64,000 nt of DNA from NCBI GenBank assembly GCA_016748015.1, contig JAAOMT010000770.1, positions 40,231 to 104,230 of the forward strand. Reading direction: 5' to 3'. The first letter of the stretch is position 1. Each line of letters opens with the position of its first letter. Positions 50,789-63,388 of the stretch are shown here, one piece after another. The position numbers and the translations under genes were made by a program. This DNA comes from Geosiphon pyriformis uo1 (Eukaryota; Fungi; Glomeromycota). Under the pieces are notes generated by a model. The model was not told where the DNA came from. It was given only the letters and a program-made list of their open reading frames with translations, and ran no database searches.

Positions 50789-53746
50789 GACTGGTTATTA
50801 TCAATTTATAAACTTTTTGATATTTCCCAGGAAAACGATGATTTAGAAGTTAATTCAGCCATGGGTCATGCTATATTTATACTTCGAAGACAATCTCTCA
50901 CCCATTGACAGTTGAATAAGAATACGAGATAGATCAAAAAAAAAATTCTTTTGTTTAAGATTGCACATTAACGCCGGAACACCCAAATCTTAATAATAAA
51001 CATTTCAGCCTAAATTTTTGATTCCACCACAGATCGTTGTAATTACAAGTGTAATTGCTTCGATGTTTATAAAACACAACAAAAAACTAAATTTGGTAGA
51101 AACGACTTCTTGATCATTACTAAATTTTAAATTTCTTTTATGGAGCAGCGATAACCGGAATCGCAAAATTGCACATATGTAGTGATAAGAATAAATTTGC
51201 AATTCAAAAAATCGTAAAAAATGAATACTTGGGTATAAGCTTTTTCCTGATACCATTTAATATTTCGGGTATATTTCGACATTTGAACATCTGTAATAGT
51301 ATATACGATTGAAATTTTTTGGTCCAAATAAACGCAACATTTGATGACTAATAGCAGAACAATGGGTTTTGGTGTTTCCGTTGGTGTTTAGGGAGAATTT
51401 TGATGACACTTTCGATTAGCCGGATGAACTGGTCTAGATTTTTTTGATATTACCGATTACACTAAATTTTTGACTATCATTCTTACTTAATTGGGTTTTT
51501 CCGGTAATTCACGAGTTAGCCTGTTGCCATATGTTTTTTGGATTATCTATCAATAGTGATTGACAGGGAAAATACTTTCTTGAAGAAATTCTTGTGATCT
51601 AAGAAGTTTTACTTATTTTGCGCATTCAAATAGTAATTTAAATTGTGCATTTTCTCTTCATCGAATCATTCAATGTTACTTTGGCAAATTTGATTTTTAT
51701 TAAGATGAAATTTTCGATAATTTGCAACAGGTAATCCCGGTAAATTATTCAAAAAATATTCAAGTACAAAATTGAATTGTTCATGATGGAAGAGCTTGTT
51801 TTTTTTGTGCTAAAATTTGATACTCTTTGATTTGGTTCGGTGGTACAGTATATGTTTATAAAAAAAATGAATTCCCGAGAAATGTTTTTTATGAGCTACC
51901 GGGATTCCTAATATGGGAAAATTTAAGGGGCGATCTCGGATCTATGTTTATGGGAAAAATTCTAACTTTTTACTGCCTTTTTTTCCTTAAATACCATGTT
52001 AACAAAAGGTTAGATTGAAGTATTCAAATTAGGAAGGTGTAATTAAATTGCCACAAATTTACAACTTTGTGAATCGGTAAAATTATGTAAACGATTATTT
52101 CAAAAAAAAAACTTGCTTATTAAGATATGAAGAAGTTAACGAAGGTATTTTTTTTTAATTAAAGCTAAATTATAATGATGTTCAAACATTTCATTAGGTG
52201 AAGTTCTTTTCATTCAAACATATAAAACAAGCAAGTTGGAAAATTACAATTTTTTTCTATAATTTTATATAAGAGAGTATTTGTGTCAAGAAAAAAGTAA
52301 TTTTAAAGTTAAACTTTTGAGGTCTTTACCACTTACATCTCGAATTTAGAAATTTATTACCAACAGAATAATCCAAATTTAGGAATTAATAATAACTTAG
52401 TAATCTTCCGATTACAATTTCGAAGAATTTAACGTCAAATTGTTAGGCGTTAACAAAGTTATATTTTTTTTTGAAAGCAAGCTACTAAAACCCAACATAA
52501 TTACAAAATTTTTGGTTAATAAATTATTAATATTTCTGATACTAGATGAATAACTGGATGTGAGAACCGACATGAACTAACATTAATTTTCTGCATAGTA
52601 ATTCTTGAAAAAGTTGCTGAATTTCTAAATAATTTTAATCGTCAGGTTAAGTTTCAAACAATATTCACTCAATTACAGCTAATGAATTTAAGTTTTCAAA
52701 AAAATTTTCTTGACAGTAATCAGTGCTATGCGGCGAAACCATCATATCAAATCTATAAAAGGATTTTGTACACATACAACTAACCAAACTTCTTTTATCG
52801 TTAACTTGTAACTGAAAAAAAATTCCGAAACTTTGTTCTACATTACACGAGTTACTAATTTCTACAAGATTGAAAATCATCTACTATTTATCTAAAGGAG
52901 TAAATAATTATGCCACACAAAAATTTTCACTATTACAGATTTCAAAGCTTTGGTGTTTTGTGAGATGCAAACAAAAAGAAACCACTTTTTGCTAAAAATT
53001 TCCAAAATAATTCTACATTTCACTACATATAAGAGAGTTAAACGAGCTATTCGCCTTCACCTTATCTTACTAGGCAGAATCTTTCTCTTTACAAATGAGA
53101 TTTTCTTAATATTATATAAATAAAAATTTGCGTTATAATTAAAAACAAAAAAAAGATTTTGTTTTAACATGCTTTTTAATAAATCATTAATTAACTGGTT
53201 AAAATTTTTATACCACCCAATATTAAATAAACAAAATTTTATATCATTAATATAATATACAAGAAAAATAACAAAATGTTATATAATTAGGATCACAATA
53301 TAAAGATTAAAATAAACTGGCAGAATTTTTAAAAATAAAACAGGATTAAAAGTGTATAAAAATAGGCAATAGTAATTGGTATTAACAGACTAAAAAATTG
53401 CTAATAAGAAAAAAGTTGTATATATAATTTGTATTTAAATTATAATGTAATATAAAATGATGATATTAGATATTGCAATTTATAATTTAAATTAAAAAAT
53501 ATAATAATAATTAATTAAAAAGAGAGATTAATTAATTAAAAGCATTATTAATTAAGAGAATGATTATTTTGATAATAATAATCATAATGAATAAAATTTT
53601 ATATTTTAATTGGCAAAATTTTAATTTAAAATTCACTTTATTCAGCTTTATATCTTAAAAAATAATAATAATTTCAATTATTAAGTAACAAATAAGTTAA
53701 TAAATAAAAAATAAAACACTTGAAATATTTAAAAAATAAATCTAGT

Positions 53747-56700
53747 TGTAACAATCTGTTACATAAAACAACCTCGAAAATAGTCTCAATTAGGATCGAA
53801 AATTTTATTAAATTTTAAAAAAATAACATGTAATAATGATGTATATTATTTATTTTTATTGGACAAATTAAAGTTGGATCATTAATTTCACTAGAAATAA
53901 ATGCAATGTTTAGTTATTGCAAAGTAAGAAATAAACAAATAATTGACTAAATCTTATCTAATTTTAACATCTTGTATTATTGTGTTATAAAAGACCACAT
54001 CTACTACAAGTGTATTTTGTGCATGGTTTTCCTTTTTTTTTGTAGCAGATTTATAACATTTGGTTTCTGGGCATTTTTTACATCATGATACTAATGGATT
54101 TTTAACTTGCTTAAGCTTATTTTCTTTATTGGCATTATTAACTTGATTGTTTTTTAGGACTTGGTCTTGATTTTGAAGTGTAGACACCACTTTTTTATGT
54201 TGGCCAATAAATTGTCTTAACTATATTATTATCTTATTATGATTGTTATTTTCAATAGCAAGCTAAACAGCCTATCATATAAGTTTTATATTTTACCATA
54301 TTTTTGTTTTTTCTGTGCTACAAGGTACAAAACATTGGTAATGATTTTAAATACAATTAAAAAATTTGAAATTACTATTTTATCAGAAAGATTTTTTGCA
54401 GTCTCTTAATTTGTGAAGCAAAAAGCTTTAGTGACTAAATTATTGTCTTTTTTTCATTAGTATACCATTGTAAAAATATTATTTGAATATAAAACTTTGC
54501 AATTTTTGAATATAATATTACTTAAAAATAATAATGACAAACAATATTATGAGATATATTAGACAAACATAAACAAAGATAAGAAACAGAATTAACAATT
54601 CTAATGAAATGTGAATATTTGCTGTTTTTTGGTTATAAATCTGTGATTTTTTATACTTTTTTGATGTTTTTTTTATTAATTTTAGCAATTATTGATTTCA
54701 ATAAGATTTGTTTTATGTTATACAAATTCTCAATGAAATTATTCATTATATTAAGACTGAAATCCTAAATATTAAAATATTATTAGATAAATAACTTGAA
54801 AAAATATATTAGAAAATAAATATTTTTATCTTATTATAAGTATTGATATTTAATAATAATTAACTTACAATAAAATATAAACATTAAACTATTTTTAAAT
54901 GTTTTATGAATAAAATATGAGGCATAAGATATTAAATTATTTGTTTATTGACTTTAAAAAAAAGATTATGGCCAACTAATATAATTTTCATACAAAATAA
55001 GAATGTATAATATTCAAAAAAACAATTCTATTCTGTTTTAATTTCAAGTTTTGCATCTAATATATCAGTAAAATCACACAAATTGTTATTTATTGAAAGC
55101 ATATGTTTAATAATATTGTTGAGACTTTTAATATAAGAGATAATTTGAATTTTTTGCAGTAAATATTTTTGATGTAAATACATAAATTTATGTTTGTCAG
55201 CTTAGATAAAGAGCTCTTATTAGGTAATTTTTAATATTAATATATGTTTTAGTAAGTTGTAATTATCATTTATAAAAAATTTTTTTACATAAATTATTGC
55301 AACATAGAAAAAAATTATGAACAAAACTTTTATATTAAGCATAAAGCTTTGATTTAAGATTTCTTAATAAGTTTTTATTAATGTAAAAAATACAATAAAT
55401 TTGGTAAGTTATTTTGTATACTTAAATATTTATTATATCTGCTACAAAATTAGCATTGGTAATAAACACTAATAATTCTATTATTGTTGATTTTTTTGTG
55501 TATTTTAAAATCTATTTATATAATTGGAAGTTTTATCTAATATAAAAGCTTATGTAACAAGACAAAATTTTGTATTATTGTTTACAATAAGAAAAAAAGA
55601 AAGTAGTATCTAATAGTAGTTGTTCTTTATTGTATTGTTATTTAAAACAATATTATGATACTTTAACTAAAAAACAATTTGTGCAAAAAACATTCAAAAT
55701 ACATGAATAAGCTGATTTTTATTAATTTTAAACTTTACAACTTATTTAGAATTATTTAATTTGCAATTTATAAGAATTTTCAACAAGCAAAATATATCAT
55801 GTTTTTTATTGCCATAAATTTTAAATCTTTGTATTGTATTTGTAAAGTCATAATTGAAAATAGATACTGTTGGAAATTTTACTTTTAATAATTTTTTTTA
55901 AATAATAATTGATAAATTTAAACATTCCATAAAAAATCAGATCTTTTAAAAAATGTTATTTGAAATTTTTTGATATGTTAAAACATATTTTCTAATATTA
56001 GAATATAATGAATAATTGTGTGTATTGTCAAAAGTAGTAAGAGTTATTTTGTGTAAGTTTTTGGTACAGTTAATATTAACATACTAACTATATTCTTAAC
56101 ATTTTGATTTGGTATTTTAATAATTTTAAACATTGATTTTTTTTTTAATTTATATTGGCTATCAAATTCGTATTTAAAAGTACAATGTTTAATAGTGCTG
56201 TTTAAATATTATTTTAATTTCTTTTAGATAACTCTAAATTCTTGTTGTTTATTATAGATCTTTATAATTACATCAATATTTTTCTATATTTTAAAAGCAT
56301 AATTAGTACAAAGTCTTATAGCTAAATAAATATAAGAAAATCTAATACTAAATATGACTAAAATTATAACCAAAAATTTTATCTTTATTTATAGGCACTT
56401 GATTACTTAATTGAAATGAATTTTTACTAATATGATTTTAAAGTTGATTAATTAGTTCTATATTAGAAATAAGTTCTAAATTAGAATAGAAATAATTTTA
56501 GTTTTTTAACACATGGTTTTTTATTAGACATATATACATATTCTTCTCTAAAAGCAAACTGGTTATTTTTTTTTATCCTGTGTTCATACTAAAATATTAA
56601 TCTTAATACAATATATAATATATAGAGTATTATATATTAAAATTACCAATATACTATTAACTATAATACTAATTAATATATTTAAGTGAATATTATCTAG

Positions 56701-57110
56701 AATAGTTTGAAGAATTAGACTTTGTATAATCTATTACCTTTAACACTTTAGAATTTATAGCTTATATCTGGTATATAAATTTTTATGTTTATATTTATAA
56801 TATACAAGTTTTTCTTGTAACTTAAACACTGTTTAAAACAAAAAATACTTCTTGTTGTACAAAAATAAAAGCATTTACACCAAAAATTTTAATGTGTTTT
56901 TGTACAATATACAGATGGCACGCATCAAATTCAAAAACCATATGATATAATATATGTGATTTATTTTTAACTAATGAAAATGATTAATATTACATAATTT
57001 AAAACAGATTGTTCCGTCGATCACTGCGCCATATATGGCGCAGTGATCGACGGAATAAATAAAGTCATGTGTTTAAATATTAAATCACGTGCTTTTCCGA
57101 GATTGTTACA
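53747..57110 (-). mobile_element. Mutator-like (MULE/FAR1) DNA transposon, near full length, transition-hypermutated
   Basis: The minus strand from about 56250 to 53960 keeps collinear motifs: FAR1-like LTTFDNTHNY; YHNIVLNNNTIKNN (consensus D-V....D-x-T); VFITNANFVAD (TDAD); YCIFYI (HCxFHI); FTSKIFTA-IQIISYIKSLN (QSTSRVExxN); SWIM YLCLC..IVCHYYF; C-terminal YTCSRC..HNN..C knuckle. Termini TGTAACAATCT (53747-53757) and AGATTGTTACA (57100-57110); flanks AATCTAGT and AATCTATT match at 7/8 (TSD). Confidence 0.85.
57012..57055. repeat. Perfect 44-bp palindrome
   Basis: TTCCGTCGATCACTGCGCCATA|TATGGCGCAGTGATCGACGGAA: two 22-bp arms, no spacer, no mismatch, six CpGs. Confidence 0.97.
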
Positions 57111-57479
57111 AATCTATTAATCCATATTTAAATATAAGATTATTTAAAATACCAAAGTAATTATAATTTTGTATTTGTTTGACATTGTGTTTTTATTATT
57201 ATTTCAAAAGTAATTTTTAAATTAAAAATTCTCAAAATCTCTTGATTTGCAAAATAACTATCTAATACAATATACTTAATTATTATTATCTTTACAATTT
57301 ATAAAATGACAAAATAAAAAAGCTCTTTTTCTTATTAATTTCTTAATCATAAAGAGAGCGAAAAGAAATGAAAAATTTATTTTAATACGTTTTTCTATAC
57401 CCAGTTTATTTTTTAAGCTATTTTTTTCAACACTCTTTTGTTTAAGAAACTAGAAATATAGACATATTTATTAAAAAGC

Positions 57480-58130
57480 ATAATCAAAGAAAAAATGAAA
57501 GAAAAGTCTATTCTAATGTGAAAAAAGCATCACTATGTAAGTTTAATAAGTTTAATAAAAGTATTAAGAATTCTGGTGTTAAAAACCCATTTTTAAAAAA
57601 GTTTATTAATATTATTAAAATAATTAATATTGGCAATAATTTGCTGTTAGAGAAGCTTATATCTTGAAACAGCAAATTAAGTAGTTTTAATGGTAATATA
57701 TACGCAAATTTTAATGTTGAGAAAGTTGAAAAATGTTTGGTTAAGGAAATAAGCTTTGTTTTGAGTAAGAATAAAAAATACCGAAACCAAGCAATTTGTG
57801 TTTGAGAAATTGGAAAAATTAAATTTTAATGAAAAAAATATAGATATAAAGCCATTTTTTGCTGTTAATTTGAATTAAAACTTCTTTTTCTTTGAAAAAA
57901 AAGTTGAATTTAGAGTTTAGAAGTTATTTGTTTTAAACATATAAAGTTTTATACAAATTAGAAAGTAATTGTTAAGAAAATCCCTGTTAATACTCTTAAT
58001 GCAGTTGTGAAATCTGCGTTTTCTAATTTGGTCAAATGATGTCAATCAAATTATAGCTAATTGGTCTTTAACAGAAGACTATAATAAAATTTGCTAAATT
58101 AGATTAGACGAATTTAAAATAATTTGTACA
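57480..58130 (+). mobile_element. Non-LTR retrotransposon (LINE) ORF1 relic, hypermutated
   Basis: EKCLVKEISF, then KVIVKKIPVNTLNAVVKSAFS / FGQMMSIKL*LIGL*QKTIIKF (57962-58095). This resembles an RRM-like ORF1 segment I recall from glomeromycotan LINEs as VVIKEIP.....FG.I.SIK.QLIG.WQKAVVEF. A possible 3' remnant lies at about 58450-58800. Confidence 0.6.
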
Positions 58131-60899
58131 AATTATAAAGATTAATAAGAATAAAATATGTAAGAAAAGTAAAATAAACATTAAGCTTTATTATATATTC
58201 TGCCAATAAGCACAATAATTTATAATATCTCGAATCTTCTAATATTTTTTGGTAACAAAACATGTATTATTAATTATAATTTTGCTATTTATAACTGAAT
58301 TATGTGTTACTGTTTGTTTTGAATTTAAAGAAATTATGAATAAAATTTTAGTTTTTGATTGTGTAATTTTGTTGTAGATTGGACTTGTTTTCTCTGTTTG
58401 TGCTAATTTGGTCATACTGCTTTGAAGTGTAATTTTAATAAAAAAATTTAAAAACATTTTAGAAAAAAGAATCTGAAATTAATAAATAATGGCTTGTTTA
58501 TATATATGCTAAGAAACAGATTTTTATTAGTTATTCAGTCTTTTTGATAAAAAAAACTTGGACACAATTGTCGGAACTTTTTATTTTAATACTTAAGCCA
58601 AATTCTTCTTAAAGAACAGTTTATCTTTAAACACAATTTTTTTTGTTGGCACACAAGACTTTTGGATTGTGGTTTATAAGTATTAAGTACAGTCTTGTTA
58701 ATTTTATAAAAATAAGTTGGCATAAAAGTTAAATATACTTGTATTAATGGATTTCTAGTTATATTTTGAATGTAAATTATTGGTAACCTTTTTTTGATCA
58801 GAATTAAAAAATATATAATAATAAAAAATATTCAAATATATCTATTAACAACAAGATTATTAAAAAAAATATTATAATCATTATTATAAATTTAATAAAA
58901 TATATACATAACTTCGTTTTTTTAAAGTATGATAAATTATTTTCTTAATAACTGTACATATATAGAAAATTGCCACATTTAATATTAAAAAAATTAACAA
59001 TTTTGTTAAATAAAAAACATTAATAAGTAATACAAAAAAAGTGATAATACTATTTTAGTAATTAAAAAACTAAGTTAAAAAATAGTTATATTTTTAGTTT
59101 AAAAACAAGTTTCAAAATATAAAAGTATTTATTTTAAACAAAAACAAAAACTTTTTAGATTTTGGTATAATTTTATTTATTATAATAATATTCCTAAACA
59201 TATAAGCAAGATTTCAAAAGTTGTTAATAAATTAATTATAATTAAACTATTATTTAAAGAAAAATTATTAATTTTTTTGTTTGGACTTTATGTTAGTGTT
59301 TTTTAGTAAATAAATGTTTTATGCAGCAATTATTAATAACATAGTAACTAAAACACTTAATGATAAAAATTTTAATAAAAATAGCAAAAAATACAGTATT
59401 AATTTTAAGTTTAAGAATTTCGGTCTTTGCAATGAGCTTATAAATAGTCCAGAGATTATTATATCTATATAAAATAATATTTTAAGATAATCAATTATGT
59501 TTGGTTTATAAAAAATCTTTTAAATAAGTTGTTATAATTTAATACTATAATATAAATAATATATTTAAAAATTTTGTAGATTTAAAAGTTTTTTTAATTA
59601 AAGATTTTTGTTTTTTATACAAAAATCTAAATATTGTATTGTTTTTGTAAATTCTTTGTTTAACTTCTTTTATTTTTTTTAAAATTTATTTTAGTGTTTT
59701 TTTAGTAAGTATTAAACTTTAATAAGTTACTTTTATGCTTTTAGTATATGTTTTTTATTAAATTATTTTTAATATTATATTTTTAATGCTATTTTTTTTC
59801 AAAGTTAATTTGACTACAAAATAAAAAATAAATAAAATAAATAATAAAATTAGCATTTTATTAATAAAAGTTATTAATTTAAAATATCAATTTAAAGTTA
59901 TGTTTTTAATATCTGTTATTAATTAAAGATAATTAAAAGTATTAAATAATAACAATAATAATTGAAATTTATAAATTTAGATAACAATTTTTAGTTTTTT
60001 GATTATTTAATTATTGAATATTATTATAAATAAAAATATTAAGTTATAATTTGTAATTTAGTGCTGTAATTTTATTATGTATTCTAAAAATTTTGATAAA
60101 TTTGAGGATTTTTATGATTAAGTTTTTTGTATAAAAACAAAAATTCAATATTGATGGTTTTTAATACTTAGTGTCTTATTTTTTTAACATTATAATTAAT
60201 ATTTATTATTCTTTTAATAAGCTATTTAATTTTGTATTTTTTGTCAAATTATTTTTAATATTATAATTTTAGCACTTATTTTTTTATTAATTAGTTTAAT
60301 AATAAAACATCAAAAAAAATAAAAATAAAGTAAAAAAATTTAGTATCTTGTTAATAACTATAATTAAAAGTTATTGTTTTAGTGTAATTAAGTTTGTGAA
60401 TTTATTTTTTTGATATTAATTGTTTTTAAAAAAGTAATGCAAATAGAATAAGTAATCTTAACAATAGTAATTATAATTTATATAGTTTTTTTTTGTCCAA
60501 TTAATAAGTTTATTTAAATAGTAAATTGGTAGTTTGAAAGTTTTAAACTATTAATTAAGTTTCATTTCAGCAAAATTAGATGTTTTTTTTTAATACTACT
60601 ACTATATATACATCTTTTTAATAATATAAAATATTCTGGTATTTTTAGTTATTTTATACATTTTTTAGTTATTATTGGCATTTCTGGTATTTTTAAAATA
60701 TTTAGTATTTTTTTTAGTATTTCAAAATTTTTTAATATTATTTAATCTTAATAATAATAATAATTTTTCTTATTTTTTTTTATAAATTACAATATTTTTT
60801 TATTAATTAATTCTACTTGTATATATATATATATATATATATTTATTTATAGTTATTTTCTGGTATTTTTGGTATTTTTATTTATCTTATTTATAATAC

Positions 60900-61555
60900 T
60901 AATACTTAATTAGTTAATTAATATTATTTATTATTTTCTGTTGTTTTTATTCAAGCAATATTGATTTTTTTTAAAATTAAGCTTTGTAATAATTATATTT
61001 GTATAATATTTAATTATTTTTATAGTTTATTAAACTGCTAATTAATAATTTTTTCTATATTGTTAAGTATAATAATATAATTTTAAGATTTTAAAAGATA
61101 ATAAATTGTTTAATTTAATATATAATATGGTTTTATCAAATATTTGTTTAAATTTATTTAAATATAATATTTGAATATAGAACTGTTTTTTAATATAATA
61201 CTAATAATATATTAATAAAAAGTATTTTTTTAGTTTTTTTATATAATTTTTTTGTTGTTTTTTATTATTTAATATAATAAAAAATTTATAGTTCTAATAA
61301 AATTTTTTTTTCTAAATTTTTATATGTTTTTATATTTAATTTTTATACTATTCATAATTATTTTTAAATTAAAATTTTGTTTTTGTAGTAATTTAAATAA
61401 CAATTGTGCTAATACATATATTTAGAGTAAAAAATAATAGTTTTTCTTATTGTATATTAATTGTATATATGTCTAATACTAATTTAATATTAACTACTTT
61501 AATAGCTTTAACTTTTGGCTATTTCGTAAAATAATCAATTGCTATTGCGATGGTT
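60900..61555 (-). mobile_element. Ty3/Gypsy integrase relic, hypermutated
   Basis: Minus strand 61552-61501 reads TIAIAIDYFTK*PKVKAI, matching the integrase core VAIDYFTKWPEAKA (TAG at 61521-61519; Glu to Lys, Ala to Val). The downstream extent is uncertain and may reach about 59500. Confidence 0.65.
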
Positions 61556-62508
61556 TTTTTTGATAAGATTATCAATAAAAAATGAAACTTTAAAAACATT
61601 AGAAAAATATTTTAATTTTCTTATAATTTATTATTTATTTAATTATTTATTCAATTATTTAATCTTATTTAATTATTTATTTTTAAATTAGTAATTACTA
61701 TTAGTTAATAGAATTAAATAAAATTAGTATTGATTTATAGAAAGTAAGTAAATTATATACAGATTATATACAATACTATAAATTTTTGACATAAAATAAA
61801 GTTTAAGCAATTTAAATTAAAATACATACATTTTAAATATATTTTAAGTAGTTTAAATAAAGTTTAGTTTGTTTAATTGAAATTAATTAGAAGTATATTA
61901 AAATAATTAGCTTACAAAAATTAATAATTTTAGAATCTTATTAATATTATATAAAAAAAATTTTTTATTTCAAAAAATATATTTTATTTTTACTTTAAAT
62001 TATTTAATCTTATTTATTTTAATTCTATCTTCTTATATCTTAGTTATATATATATTTATTTCATTTAATATTTCAAATTATAAAGTAATATTTTAAATAT
62101 ATAATCTTTTAAATATTCTAATTAAAATTAATCTTTAGTAGATTGACTTTTGAGTTTTAAATATTAATATCCTAATTTAAATTAAAATTTAATAATTAAA
62201 AAAATAACAACTTACAAAAATAGTTTGAAATTCATATTAAAAAACCATATTTTAAATTTATTTTTGATTAAATATAACAAATAAATAGGTGTAAATTGGT
62301 TTAAACAACTTTTAAAAATAAAATTATTATACTTTAAGATCTTTCACAGTTAGAGCTAAAAAGCAATTGCTTGAATAATTTGAATTTAGATATAGTCTAT
62401 TGGATTTTCTTTAATATTTAAAAAAACATATTGTATTAACAAAATTAGACCAAATTCTAATAACAATATAAAAGTAACAAAGTATATTAATGGGAGGTTT
62501 AAGTAGAG

Positions 62509-63388
62509 CTAGATGTTGGCCAACTTTTTTGATCGTCCCTGGTTTGATGAACCTTTTTCTGATGCTTTTAGACATATTTCAATCAAGGAGGTGTGACGAC
62601 TTAGAGGTATCGCTGTTGTAATAATTGGTTGTGAAGCACTTCGATGAAGATTTTTTGATTGTAGATTATTTCGCACAAACTTTGTCCTTTGTAATCTATT
62701 TTTTTTGCTAGCTGCATGGCTTGATGGAATTATTAAGTGATTTGAATTTGATGAATGTTCGAGATTTTCTTGGAAAATTATCTTGTTAGCTAGTTGGGAT
62801 TTCAAGGGCTTTAGTAAAATTTTCAATGAGAGCTTATGCCATTTTACATTTATCCTGTCATTTAGATTTTTCTTTTTGCTTTAGTTATCATCATTACCTC
62901 TCAAAGATTCGACACTTGTTTTATCTCTAGTTAAAGTTAACTAAACTCTGCTTATTATGGATTTTATTTCGCGACTTCTGCCTTTTCTTCGAAAAGAAAA
63001 CTTTTTCATTCCCATTGTTCAGTTCTGATTTTTGAGCATTTCGAGAAGAAAAAAGCTGGCTGGCAGATTTTCGAATTTTAAAAGGCTGACTAGTGAACTT
63101 TCGAAATGGAAAAATCTGGCTAGCAGATTTTCTAAGACTTTTTGTTGTTTTAAAATCTGGGATATTTCTGGTCTCTATATGTAAATTTTTACGAGAATGA
63201 AAAAATTCATTATCTTCCTCGGTTATCCCAAATGAATTGCTGTGAGTGTGTTCTTCTTCTTTATAAGAATTTTTTTTGTTAAATAACCAATTTATACAAA
63301 AAGTGTAAAAATTTTCATTGAGGTTAATAAATTTTTGATGTTTTATGGAATTTGAACATCTACTTCGCAGGTTAAAAAAGTTAAACAA
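62509..63388 (-). pseudogene. Disrupted K/S/N-rich low-complexity gene with three [RH][KR]SASQ motifs
   Basis: Two collinear ORFs (62927-63388, 62509-62826) share LRKSASQ / IRKSASQ / LHRSASQP. They are joined through a frameshift and a TAA near 62882. Neither has a clean ATG start. Confidence 0.4.

Noticed and set aside
52400-53000. Possible F-box/LRR-like pseudogene fragment on the minus strand
   Set aside because: No diagnostic motif could be identified.
54000-54330. Possible LINE ORF2 3' end on the + strand
   Set aside because: The minus strand explains it better as the MULE C-terminal zinc knuckle, collinear with the SWIM domain.
53960-56900. Classical CpA-to-TpA RIP as the cause of the AT-rich blocks
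   Set aside because: CA/TG dinucleotides and Cys TGT codons remain abundant in hand counts.
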